IMG/VR virus record: IMGVR_UViG_3300033463_000196
Coordinates: 1 to 52,247 of that record
Direction: 5' to 3' (one strand)
Length of the DNA: 52,247 nt
From: a virus
Below, one piece after another: positions 26,798 through 34,773 of the stretch. The notes under the pieces were generated by a model. The model saw only the letters and a list, made by a program, of their open reading frames with translations. It had not been told where the DNA came from and searched no databases. The translations under genes were made by a program, and so were the position numbers. Each line of letters opens with the position of its first letter. The stretch's first letter is position 1.

Positions 26798-29239
26798 TTA
26801 AATATCGTCGTTTTCTTCATAATCGAATAACTTTCTAAATGACTTCTGTACTCCATAAATCGCGGCGGCGTGTTTCGATACGCCCATACGCTCCCAACCG
26901 GGTAAATCGTCTATGAGGCGGCAAACCCTACGGGCTAAGTATTTGTATTCCTTATCGCCCATATCGCGGCCTAACCTCTCGCAAATGAACTCTGCGGCGC
27001 AAACTCTGGTACGCTCTTCCGTGCCGGTTTGGTCTAACGGGTCGGGGTCGGTAATGTAGGCGCGTCGGCGTTTCAAATCCCACGTCTGCCACTCTCCCGG
27101 TAACTTCATGTCAAGGTAAGCCAAAAGCATATCCTTAACCGGGTCGTCTGCATCGTCGTTATACTCGGCTTGCCTGTGCCTTGCCTCCGTTTCCATGTCG
27201 GCGGGTAGGTAGAGTTTTTCGCCCTCTTTCCAACGCTCTACGGCCTCGGCCCAAACTTGGTCACGCTCTGCCATCAGGTCGGCTTTAACGTCGTTATGCT
27301 TACGCCTGTCAGCATCAGCGGCCATAACCCAAAAGCGGCGGTTTCCCGTGTCGCCTTTCAGGAAATACGTTTCGTTGGTCGTACCGCAAAATATACATTG
27401 GCGCGGGTGCTTTTCCGTTACCGTACCGTAGGCGGGCCGGTAGGTATCATCCTGACGGCTTATATAGGCTTTCACCTGCTCTACGTCGCTTCGTTTGATA
27501 CTACCCAATTCGGGCAACTCTATTACCCAACCGCCTCGCGCTTGTTCCATACCGCTTTTACCCTCCATCGTTACCAGGCTGTCGTTAAACCACTCGCCGC
27601 CCATCACGCTAAACAGGGTAGATTTGCCTATGCCCTCGGCCCCGGTCACAATCAGGCAATAGTCGTACTTACAACCGGGATTCATAACGCGGGCTACGGC
27701 GGCGGTAAAGTGTTTTCGGGTCATAGCCCTGTTAAGCGCGGTATCTTCAACGCCTAAGTAGTCTACTATAAGCGTATCAAGGCGCGGCGTACCATCCCAC
27801 GTTAGACTATTCAGGTAGTCGCGTATCGGATGCACCCGGCGGCGGGTAAATACCGCGTCCTTTGCATCCTTAATCTTATCTTTGCCGGTTACGCCGTAGT
27901 TCTCTTCTAAGTAGATGCGTAAGTTAGCATCGTCGCGGTTTCCCCATTGGGTCGCTTTCTTATCCCACGGCAAACCGCCCTTAACCAAATCAAAGCCGCT
28001 AAACAGGTCGTGCCAAAGATGCCCTTTTAGGCGCGGGTCATTCTCGATAATGCAGATAATGTTTTTGGCCGTAGACTTAATCGCTCCCTTACGGTCGTAC
28101 TCTAAATCTGCCATCCAATCCGTGTTAGCCTCTTCCGGGGTTTCCGCTTCGTCTAAATCCACGTCGGCAAAATCGCTTTCAGCATCGGCGCGGCGTTCCT
28201 TGGTAAGCAATACGCGCACGGTCTTATCTTTGGCCGCGAAATCCTGCATTTTCAGGTACGACGGCAAACGGGTTATGTCAGTTACCCGGCTACCCTCGTC
28301 GTGTACGCCGAAAAGGTGAATACGGCAAAGGTCGAAAGCGTTGCAAAGCTGCATACTCGCCGGGTCTGTCTCGTGGTGGCTGTAGGCAAACTTTCCCTCG
28401 TAGCAAACCAAACCGGCGGCAACGCTACCCAACTTGTACGTATAGCGGCCATCTGTACCCGTCTTTACGTAAGCATCTTGCAGAAACGTATCTATAGCAT
28501 CTTCTATGGTGTAGGCCCTGCAAAACGCGCCGATAAGTCCGGGCTTTTCCAACGGGTCGCCCGCCTTGCGTAGTTCGTGGGCTACGGCTTCGGTCTCACG
28601 GCTACCCATCGGCCATTCTGATACGTCAAACGGGTTTACGTAGGTCTTTAGTATCGCGTCCACGTCGCAAGCGGGGCCGTCCTGATACTCAAATATAAAC
28701 TCACCGTCTCGGCTCGTACTCGGCCAATAGAATAGGCGCGGTAACTGATACGTCGTTATGTCGAATAGGTCTATACCCAACGTGTCGGCTATCTTTCTGC
28801 AAAGCGGCTCGTATTCGTTTGGCTTTACGTTCCGGGATAGAGGAAACACCAACCTTAGACGCGGCTTTTCCGGGGTGTGCTTGTGGGTGCTGTATAGCAT
28901 AGCGGCAAAGCCAAACTGCATCGTGAAATCATCCCAAACGCTGGCCGTGCCGTAGTCTATATCAAGCGTGGCCACACTACGCCACATCACGTTAGCCGTT
29001 TTGCGTGTACCGCCTGAAAGATAACCGCCCACAAAGCCGCCCACGTCTTTAATGTCGGCTTGTTCCTGTTTGGTCATTTTCAGGTATTCACCTACGCTTT
29101 CGTCGGTGCGCTTCGTCTGGCTGCATCGGCGTACTAAGTCGCTCCATTGCCACTTTTTGTTTTTCCACTTCTTAGATAGGCGGCTGTGCGCTGTCGCTAT
29201 ATCCAAAGCGAAATCGTGGCTAAGTTCAATCGTACCCAT
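26798..29239 (-). CDS. DNA primase/helicase (VirE-type P-loop NTPase with N-terminal primase-polymerase-like domain)
   Basis: Walker A TGAEGIGKST and VIELPELG (Walker B-like). N-terminal DIDYG...LYSTHKHTPEKPRLRLVFPL resembles the primase domains of Bacteroides VirE proteins. ATG at 29239 overlaps the upstream stop (TAATG). Confidence 0.7.
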   Translation of the reverse strand: MGTIELSHDFALDIATAHSRLSKKWKNKKWQWSDLVRRCSQTKRTDESVGEYLKMTKQEQADIKDVGGFVGGYLSGGTRKTANVMWRSVATLDIDYGTASVWDDFTMQFGFAAMLYSTHKHTPEKPRLRLVFPLSRNVKPNEYEPLCRKIADTLGIDLFDITTYQLPRLFYWPSTSRDGEFIFEYQDGPACDVDAILKTYVNPFDVSEWPMGSRETEAVAHELRKAGDPLEKPGLIGAFCRAYTIEDAIDTFLQDAYVKTGTDGRYTYKLGSVAAGLVCYEGKFAYSHHETDPASMQLCNAFDLCRIHLFGVHDEGSRVTDITRLPSYLKMQDFAAKDKTVRVLLTKERRADAESDFADVDLDEAETPEEANTDWMADLEYDRKGAIKSTAKNIICIIENDPRLKGHLWHDLFSGFDLVKGGLPWDKKATQWGNRDDANLRIYLEENYGVTGKDKIKDAKDAVFTRRRVHPIRDYLNSLTWDGTPRLDTLIVDYLGVEDTALNRAMTRKHFTAAVARVMNPGCKYDYCLIVTGAEGIGKSTLFSVMGGEWFNDSLVTMEGKSGMEQARGGWVIELPELGSIKRSDVEQVKAYISRQDDTYRPAYGTVTEKHPRQCIFCGTTNETYFLKGDTGNRRFWVMAADADRRKHNDVKADLMAERDQVWAEAVERWKEGEKLYLPADMETEARHRQAEYNDDADDPVKDMLLAYLDMKLPGEWQTWDLKRRRAYITDPDPLDQTGTEERTRVCAAEFICERLGRDMGDKEYKYLARRVCRLIDDLPGWERMGVSKHAAAIYGVQKSFRKLFDYEENDDI

Positions 29240-29442
29240 TACACTAACTCCTTTAACAAGTTCCTGAAATGTTGGTAGTTCTCGCCGTCGGTGTATATTT
29301 CCACTTCCCAAATACCGCTTACGATTCTGCGCATACGCATTTCAAACGGTCTTTCTTCGTTCATCAACTTATCTTGCAGTATTTTGACAAAACCGCTATT
29401 CATTGATTCACTTATTTTGTGACTAAAAACTATCTCTTTCAT
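29239..29442 (-). CDS. Hypothetical protein
   Basis: 67-aa ORF, translationally coupled to the primase gene. Confidence 0.45.
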   Translation of the reverse strand: MKEIVFSHKISESMNSGFVKILQDKLMNEERPFEMRMRRIVSGIWEVEIYTDGENYQHFRNLLKELV

Positions 29443-29448
29443 AAGCCA

Positions 29449-30099
29449 TCACTTTTTTAGGTTTTCAGGTAGAAACGAAAGTATATGCTTTATAACCTCA
29501 ACCGTCCAACCGTTACCTAACATTTTGTATTGCTGTGTCTCGGAAACTTCCCATTTGTACCAATCCGGGATAGTCTGCAATCGCGCACATTCCGTAGGGG
29601 TTAGCCGTCTTATGACTGCTTCGGTTGCATCCCCCCCCACTAATACGTTAATGGTTCTGCCGCCGTGGCCCTCCATCAACGCCGGGGCCTGCCCGTCTGC
29701 ATCATATACGCGGTTTTGCTGCCGGGGCTGTGTACCTCCACTTTCCCGGCTTGGGTTTATCTGCTTTACACTTTCTTCTTTCATCTGCACCACTAAATTA
29801 TTTTGTTCCCATGCGTTAGCGGATAACGTCGGCGATTTGTCTACGTGTAAGCCGCCTTTGTTCGCTCCGCGTGGCCGTTGTAATATCAAGTTGTCTTTTG
29901 CTACCGTCGTAAGGCAATTCGTCTTACCGGGTTGGGTACTGGGTATAAAGTGCGCGGGTTCGCCTCTGTACTCATGTCCTCTTTGGGCTACACAAATCAA
30001 ATCCATGTCGCTATGATAGTTCTTAGTCGATAGGCAATTTGCTTTGTCCTGGTTCGGTGAAACTCTGCCTTTGTAGTCCATCTTTACAAACTCTTTCAT
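29449..30099 (-). CDS. DNA (cytosine-5) methyltransferase, C-terminal half (motifs VIII-X plus target recognition region)
   Basis: LQRPRG (QxRxR, motif VIII), TNCLTT/SPTLSA (TRD-like), RRLTPTECARLQTIPDWY (IX), MLGNGWTVEVI (X). ATG at 30099, or TTG at 30105. Confidence 0.7.
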   Translation of the reverse strand: MKEFVKMDYKGRVSPNQDKANCLSTKNYHSDMDLICVAQRGHEYRGEPAHFIPSTQPGKTNCLTTVAKDNLILQRPRGANKGGLHVDKSPTLSANAWEQNNLVVQMKEESVKQINPSRESGGTQPRQQNRVYDADGQAPALMEGHGGRTINVLVGGDATEAVIRRLTPTECARLQTIPDWYKWEVSETQQYKMLGNGWTVEVIKHILSFLPENLKK

Positions 30100-30150
30100 G
30101 TTCAACTAATACTAAGTCGTAAACATATCTGCCGCCAACTCTAAGAGCGT

Positions 30151-30903
30151 TCATTTTCTCCCCCCCCCGCGTGGCTTCATACCAAAGCCGTTACCGGCCT
30201 CTTTGTTCCTCTCGCTGTGGGCTAAGAGTTTCTGCACTACTTCGGGTTTCAGGTAGTAGCGTTGCGGTACGTCTGTTTCTAAGATGTCCTTTAGCAAAAT
30301 ACCCCTGTCTTTTGGTTGCGGTATCGCGCTGTCAGGCGGTACAAACATCGTACTTTGGAATGTACGTATATTAGTCCAATAGATACGCTTTCTTACCTGT
30401 GCCGATACTAACGCGCTGTTAATGTGTACGCCTCTAACGCCTATCGCTTCGTCTATGACGCTTTCCCACCGTTTACCCATTTCCACGTTTTCGAGCATGA
30501 AGAAAACGCCGGGGTTGGTCTGCCTGACTTGCTGTAGGATTCTGATATATTCCCAAAACAGGTAACTTTGGCCCTCAAACTCAAAGCCTTGTTTCTTCAA
30601 CTCCAGGTATCTGTCTAAAGTCAGTATCTTTTCGTTAGTCTTGGTACTCATACCGGCGCGTTTCCCGGCAAAGGAAAAACTTTGGCACGGGCTACCGCCT
30701 ATCAGTAAGTCGATATGTCCTAACGCCGTAGCGTCAATATCTCGCACGTCACCTAACTGCACCGTGTCGGGAAAGTTGGCCATCGTGTTAGCAATAGCAA
30801 ACTTATCTACCTCGCTTGCGTAGTATTTTTCTATCGTAACGCCCAATTCGCGCAAAGCGATTTGTCCGCAACTCATGCCGTCGAATAAACTAAGTACAAT
30901 CAT
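30151..30903 (-). CDS. DNA (cytosine-5) methyltransferase, N-terminal half (motifs I-VI)
   Basis: LFDGMSCG (motif I), GGSPCQSFSFAGK (IV, catalytic Cys), MLENV (VI). Ends ...MKPRGGGRK across a G9 run. Confidence 0.7.
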   Translation of the reverse strand: MIVLSLFDGMSCGQIALRELGVTIEKYYASEVDKFAIANTMANFPDTVQLGDVRDIDATALGHIDLLIGGSPCQSFSFAGKRAGMSTKTNEKILTLDRYLELKKQGFEFEGQSYLFWEYIRILQQVRQTNPGVFFMLENVEMGKRWESVIDEAIGVRGVHINSALVSAQVRKRIYWTNIRTFQSTMFVPPDSAIPQPKDRGILLKDILETDVPQRYYLKPEVVQKLLAHSERNKEAGNGFGMKPRGGGRK

Positions 30904-31178
30904 CTTTCGTTATAGGGATAAGGGTAAATCTTCTTTATTTCTTCCATCTGCTCCGCTGCTGTCATAGCCGCCCAACGCGGCGTTAGGTACATATAACCTA
31001 CCGTGCCGTGCAATATGCCATTTACCTTTAGTTCGTTGGTCAAAGATTCCCAACCTATACCAAATCTTTCTTCAAGGGCTTTCCACGTAATATGGCCCCG
31101 GCCATCATTCTTACGGCCTATTGTTACGCAATATATCGCGCAACTCCTGTAACGGCGGTTTATATCTACTTTACGCAT
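30900..31178 (-). CDS. Hypothetical protein
   Basis: 92-aa ORF with a 4-nt overlap with the downstream gene. Confidence 0.45.
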   Translation of the reverse strand: MRKVDINRRYRSCAIYCVTIGRKNDGRGHITWKALEERFGIGWESLTNELKVNGILHGTVGYMYLTPRWAAMTAAEQMEEIKKIYPYPYNER

Positions 31179-31190
31179 ACGCTCCGGGGA

Positions 31191-32387
31191 TTAGTCTCTT
31201 ATTAACATTGGCATTAACAGCATAGTTATTTCTTCGCTCAATGGCTGCACTCCCGGCTCAATGATAATCGCCCGGCTTTGGTCTACGATTCTAAACGTAG
31301 CCTCTGTAGCCGCAACTATGCTTTTTAGCAACTTGATTAAACGGAAATCTTGCAAACCAAATTTGAACGGCTCGCCGTAGTAACTACAGGGCAAAACCTC
31401 GGTAGCCGAAAGTGAAAAATCGTAATCGGCTGCATCCATCTTTACGCTGCCATTATTCAGGTATATAGTAATTAGCCCTGAATTGTTCGTGAATTGGCTA
31501 AGTCGCTCTAACGACTTTATCAGGGCTACGCGGTCGGTAGTAAAACCTTTGCTAAACTGCGTAGGTATCACGCTGTCGTAGTTAGGGTAGCGGCCTTCTA
31601 TCGGTCGGCCTACAATGGTCAAACCGTCTACGATAATCTGATATACCGGGGCGGGCTGTGGCTCTTTGCTGTCGGTTGGCCAATTCACATCGAAAGCGTT
31701 AAAGTCCATTTCGACAAAGCCGGTAGTCGGTAGTACCTTTTGCAAAATACCGATAATACGGCGCGGCAAAACAACGTCTGCCGGTTTCTCTGTCGTAATA
31801 GACTGCTTACGGATTTTCGCTAATACGTGGCCGTCGGATGCTACGAAATCGGTATGCTCCTTTTTCATGCTAATTATTATACCGTTCATTACCGGGCGTA
31901 AATCATCGTCGGCCATTGCAAACGCAAGGCGATTCAGGATAGAGCGTAACCCCGGTGCTTCCATTTCGATATGCTGCGCCGTGTCGTAGTTAATGGCCGG
32001 TTTTCTTCGTGCGCTGTAGTCCTCGATGCCCTCAAATATAGGCAAAGCAAAACTACCTATTGAGTGCCTGACGATAACCTGGTATTCCAATACGTCAAAC
32101 TCTAAACTCTGGCCGTCTAACGACTTAATGGCCGATATAAGTTGCTTGGCATTAACGGCAAACGTCTTTTTATCCGCTGTCGGGTTTCCTATGCTTACCG
32201 TCTCGCGCATATAAATTTCGCTGTTGCTCGTTTCTATAGTGAGTTGGTCGCAATCAGCCGTAAATATGTAGCACTTAAACACATCAAACCAACCGCCTTG
32301 CTTATAAGTTTCGCGGTATGTGATTACGGCGTTACGTGTCCGTTCCAACGCTCGTAATAGTGTATTCCTGTCTATCTGAAAATTCAT
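31191..32387 (-). CDS. dnaN: DNA polymerase III beta sliding clamp
   Basis: 398 aa. N-terminus MNFQIDRNTLLRALERTRNAVI and overall length typical of DnaN. Confidence 0.65.
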   Translation of the reverse strand: MNFQIDRNTLLRALERTRNAVITYRETYKQGGWFDVFKCYIFTADCDQLTIETSNSEIYMRETVSIGNPTADKKTFAVNAKQLISAIKSLDGQSLEFDVLEYQVIVRHSIGSFALPIFEGIEDYSARRKPAINYDTAQHIEMEAPGLRSILNRLAFAMADDDLRPVMNGIIISMKKEHTDFVASDGHVLAKIRKQSITTEKPADVVLPRRIIGILQKVLPTTGFVEMDFNAFDVNWPTDSKEPQPAPVYQIIVDGLTIVGRPIEGRYPNYDSVIPTQFSKGFTTDRVALIKSLERLSQFTNNSGLITIYLNNGSVKMDAADYDFSLSATEVLPCSYYGEPFKFGLQDFRLIKLLKSIVAATEATFRIVDQSRAIIIEPGVQPLSEEITMLLMPMLIRD

Positions 32388-32593
32388 AAATCTAACTGCT
32401 TTGTAAATAAATTAAGTTGTTTCGGGTACTCTACCGTTAGCGGGTAGGTGTAGGGTCTCTTTCCCGGCTTAGTGGCCATCATGCGGGCGCGGATAGCATC
32501 GGCGTTTTCCTTGCTACAGGCCCCGGATATGATTTCACGTTGGCCGGTTAGTCTGTTAATTGCCGTTACGCAATACTTTTTGTTCTCGTTCAT
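32384..32593 (-). CDS. Hypothetical protein
   Basis: 69-aa ORF with a 4-nt overlap with dnaN. Confidence 0.45.
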   Translation of the reverse strand: MNENKKYCVTAINRLTGQREIISGACSKENADAIRARMMATKPGKRPYTYPLTVEYPKQLNLFTKQLDL

Positions 32594-32735
32594 AGTCAGG
32601 CCCTCCGTTACGCCAATCTATGCAACTTTGTTGGCACTCGCATACCTGACAACCTGATATTATGCACTCTCCTACGCCGGTTCTTGCCTTATCCGGCTCG
32701 TAAGATATACAAGTGCCGCAAAGTTCATTATCCAT
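32556..32735 (-). CDS. Small Cys-rich protein (tentative)
   Basis: 59 aa: MDNELCGTCISYEPDKARTGVGECIISGCQVCECQQSCIDW... Below the ORF-track cutoff. Found by hand translation. Confidence 0.3.
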   Translation of the reverse strand: MDNELCGTCISYEPDKARTGVGECIISGCQVCECQQSCIDWRNGGPDYEREQKVLRNGN

Positions 32736-32836
32736 TGGCGGTTTTACTTTTGTTGGTTACTGACTGCTCCCCCCCCTGTGGGGTTTTCATTTCGGGGAAT
32801 AATTCTAACTGCACCCACTCCGGGCGTTTCTTCTGC

Positions 32837-33115
32837 TTATCCATGTTCTTTGCCCTCCAAAATTCTGTGCAATCGGTTTGCACGTTTAAGAATGTGTGGC
32901 CGCGTGTCTCCGTCGGTTATGTCGCAACTTTCAGCCCATACCGTAACCCAAACAAACGCTACCTTTACCTGAACTTTCACGGTTAAGTAAACCGGGTAGT
33001 CCGTATCTGTCTGCGGTACGTGGTATTCGGCTTCCTGTGCTGCCTGCAAATACCGGGTGTCGCAAACTTCCTCTACGATACGGGCTTTTCTTCTGAATTG
33101 GTTTATTATGTTCAT
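32837..33115 (-). CDS. Hypothetical protein
   Basis: 92-aa ORF. Confidence 0.45.
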   Translation of the reverse strand: MNIINQFRRKARIVEEVCDTRYLQAAQEAEYHVPQTDTDYPVYLTVKVQVKVAFVWVTVWAESCDITDGDTRPHILKRANRLHRILEGKEHG

Positions 33116-33134
33116 ACGATTTTGCTTTTTAGTG

Positions 33135-33152
33135 GCCCGGCTTTCGCCGGGC
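33135..33152 (-). promoter_or_regulatory. GC stem with GAAA tetraloop 3' of VR2 (DGR target-site hairpin candidate)
   Basis: Coding strand GCCCGGC-GAAA-GCCGGGC, 38 nt beyond the VR2 3' boundary. Confidence 0.6.
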
Positions 33153-33178
33153 TAAGATTAAAGTGTAACAATTAAGAA

Positions 33179-33907
33179 CTAACTAATAAATGCTGAGACG
33201 GGCCGAACGTGAAGCGTGTACGAAGCCTTAGTGCCGCTGAAGGCGCCGCCGTAGTTGAGGTACAGAAGCCAGGCGCCCGACGCGCTGAGCTCGGTAGAAG
33301 TCCAATACCAATCGCCTTTAATCGGGTCGCTGCCTATCAGTTCCAAAGCCTGATTAAGTGCCTTACGATTCAGATAGATAAGGTACATTTCGCCCAAACT
33401 TGGGATATACTCGCCGTCGGCCAAAACGATTTCCTTATTAAGTCCAATGGCTTTCAGGTGTTCGGTATTGGCTTTGCCGTTCCAATCGGCTACCGCGTCC
33501 AAATAGTTATCTTTGTAACCGTCGTATTTGGTTATGTCCTTACCTGACGTTAGCGTAATCTCTTCGCCATCTGCTGCGTCGTGCAAAGCCACTTTGAGGC
33601 TACGGCTACCCCACTTAATACCTACGTATCTTACTTGGCTACCGTCTAAGCTGCCATCTACGCCCATATCGGGAATGAACGGTACTACGCTGCCGTCGGC
33701 CAAAACGTAGTAGATGCCATCGGGTAACTCTTCCATGATACCGCAAGGGCCGTTGGCTATTCCATCCCTTACCGGGGCCTTTGGCTTTGCTATCGGCTCT
33801 TCGGTTATCCAATCGAAAGCGGCCTTACAAAAGTCTACCGTTTCCGGCTTTTCGATGTTTGCGAACTTATCCAAAAGTTGCAACTTTAATTCTTGGTTCT
33901 CTGTCAT
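33179..33907 (-). CDS. DGR variable protein 2 (C-terminal DUF1566/C-type-lectin-like variable domain)
   Basis: 242 aa. C-terminus PSLGEMYLIY...WYWTSTELSASGAWLLYLNYGGAFSGTKASYTLHVRPVSAFIS carries VR2. Confidence 0.85.
   Translation of the reverse strand: MTENQELKLQLLDKFANIEKPETVDFCKAAFDWITEEPIAKPKAPVRDGIANGPCGIMEELPDGIYYVLADGSVVPFIPDMGVDGSLDGSQVRYVGIKWGSRSLKVALHDAADGEEITLTSGKDITKYDGYKDNYLDAVADWNGKANTEHLKAIGLNKEIVLADGEYIPSLGEMYLIYLNRKALNQALELIGSDPIKGDWYWTSTELSASGAWLLYLNYGGAFSGTKASYTLHVRPVSAFIS
33191..33297 (-). repeat. DGR variable repeat VR2
   Basis: 107 nt, colinear with the TR. 21 differences, all at TR plus-strand T (coding-strand A). Confidence 0.9.
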
Positions 33908-33913
33908 AATGCT

Positions 33914-34192
33914 TTATTCTTTAGGGTTTTGTTTCTCTGCTGTCTCTTCCGTGTCTACCATCTTAGCCGCTGCACCGATAGCAATAGCCGCAAAGGTAAA
34001 TCGCATTTCCTTGCTTTTATCTTCATCGTCTATCATTGCTTCGTCTAAGACAATTTCGTTACCCATCTTTTCGAGCAACTTGTTAGCGGCCTTGGGGTCG
34101 GCGGCTGTAATGCCTACCGCTACCATGACTTCGCGGATAAACTGCTTATTAACTTCTACGCAAACTTTTACTTTTTCTTCCATATCTTCCAA
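33914..34192 (-). CDS. Hypothetical protein
   Basis: 92-aa ORF. Confidence 0.45.
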   Translation of the reverse strand: MEDMEEKVKVCVEVNKQFIREVMVAVGITAADPKAANKLLEKMGNEIVLDEAMIDDEDKSKEMRFTFAAIAIGAAAKMVDTEETAEKQNPKE

Positions 34193-34204
34193 ATTTAGAG
34201 GGTT

Positions 34205-34498
34205 TCAAAAATCGCTTTCCGAAAGATGCCTTACGGCCTTGCTTGGTGTGCCATCGTTCTTAACCGGGTGGCAAAAGATAACCACAAATCCGATAGCGTC
34301 AATACCGAAACTATCATAGTAGTATGCTTCGCCTTTTTTGGTTTGGATTCTGTCGCCTGACTTAACGCCGTGCTGTGCCTCAAACTCTACCTGCTTGGCC
34401 TCTTTGAGTTGGCGCAACAGGTCTGCTTTTTTGCCTCGCAAATCGTTAATCTGCGCGTTTGTCTGCTCAATTTGAGCCTCAATTTCCTTTGATTCCAT
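34205..34498 (-). CDS. Hypothetical protein (N-terminal coiled coil)
   Basis: 97-aa ORF. Confidence 0.45.
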   Translation of the reverse strand: MESKEIEAQIEQTNAQINDLRGKKADLLRQLKEAKQVEFEAQHGVKSGDRIQTKKGEAYYYDSFGIDAIGFVVIFCHPVKNDGTPSKAVRHLSESDF

Positions 34499-34543
34499 TC
34501 TTTCAGGGTGTTTAATTGTTAATATTTCGTTAAATTCTCGCTC

Positions 34544-34574
34544 TAAGCGCGTTTCTCGCGTCGGGTGTATAGTT
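34544..34574. repeat. 31-bp perfect direct repeat, copy 1 (core of a ~110-bp homologous element)
   Basis: taagcgcgtttctcgcgtcgggtgtatagtt is identical to 44826-44856. Flanks are about 70 percent similar, including the shared tttctaccgt. Confidence 0.9.
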
Positions 34575-34773
34575 TATCACCTTGCGGCTTTTCTCGCGGC
34601 CTACGTCGTTTCTACCGTTTTACGTCTACAAATTCCAAAGCCATATAGCGGACTTGATACCCAAAACGATTAAGTCTACGACTATCAGGGCAGCGATAAT
34701 AACGCCGAAACAGCCTAAACTACAACCGGCCAAATCTTTTGCATCTTCTTTCATATTTCCTAAGTTTTAATTG

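Noticed and set aside
26548-26856. 102-aa minus-strand ORF in the ORF track (GKPNFGLPL...GKPKNFGLPL...)
   Set aside because: Its repetitive peptide is the translation of the GGTAAACC/GGTTTACC iteron array. It also overlaps the primase 3' end. Treated as non-coding origin-like DNA.
30099-30170. G9 tract as a simple frameshift error splitting one methyltransferase gene
   Set aside because: I translated the G8 and G10 versions. G8 stops after 6 codons. G10 stays open but is out of frame with the downstream half. The current frame has three stops before the second ORF. A single indel therefore does not restore one ORF.
32735-32844. G8 tract (32769-32776) fusing a 39-codon ORF to the downstream Cys-rich ORF
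   Set aside because: Both plus-one and minus-one versions hit stops (TAA) within a few codons, so no fusion is possible.
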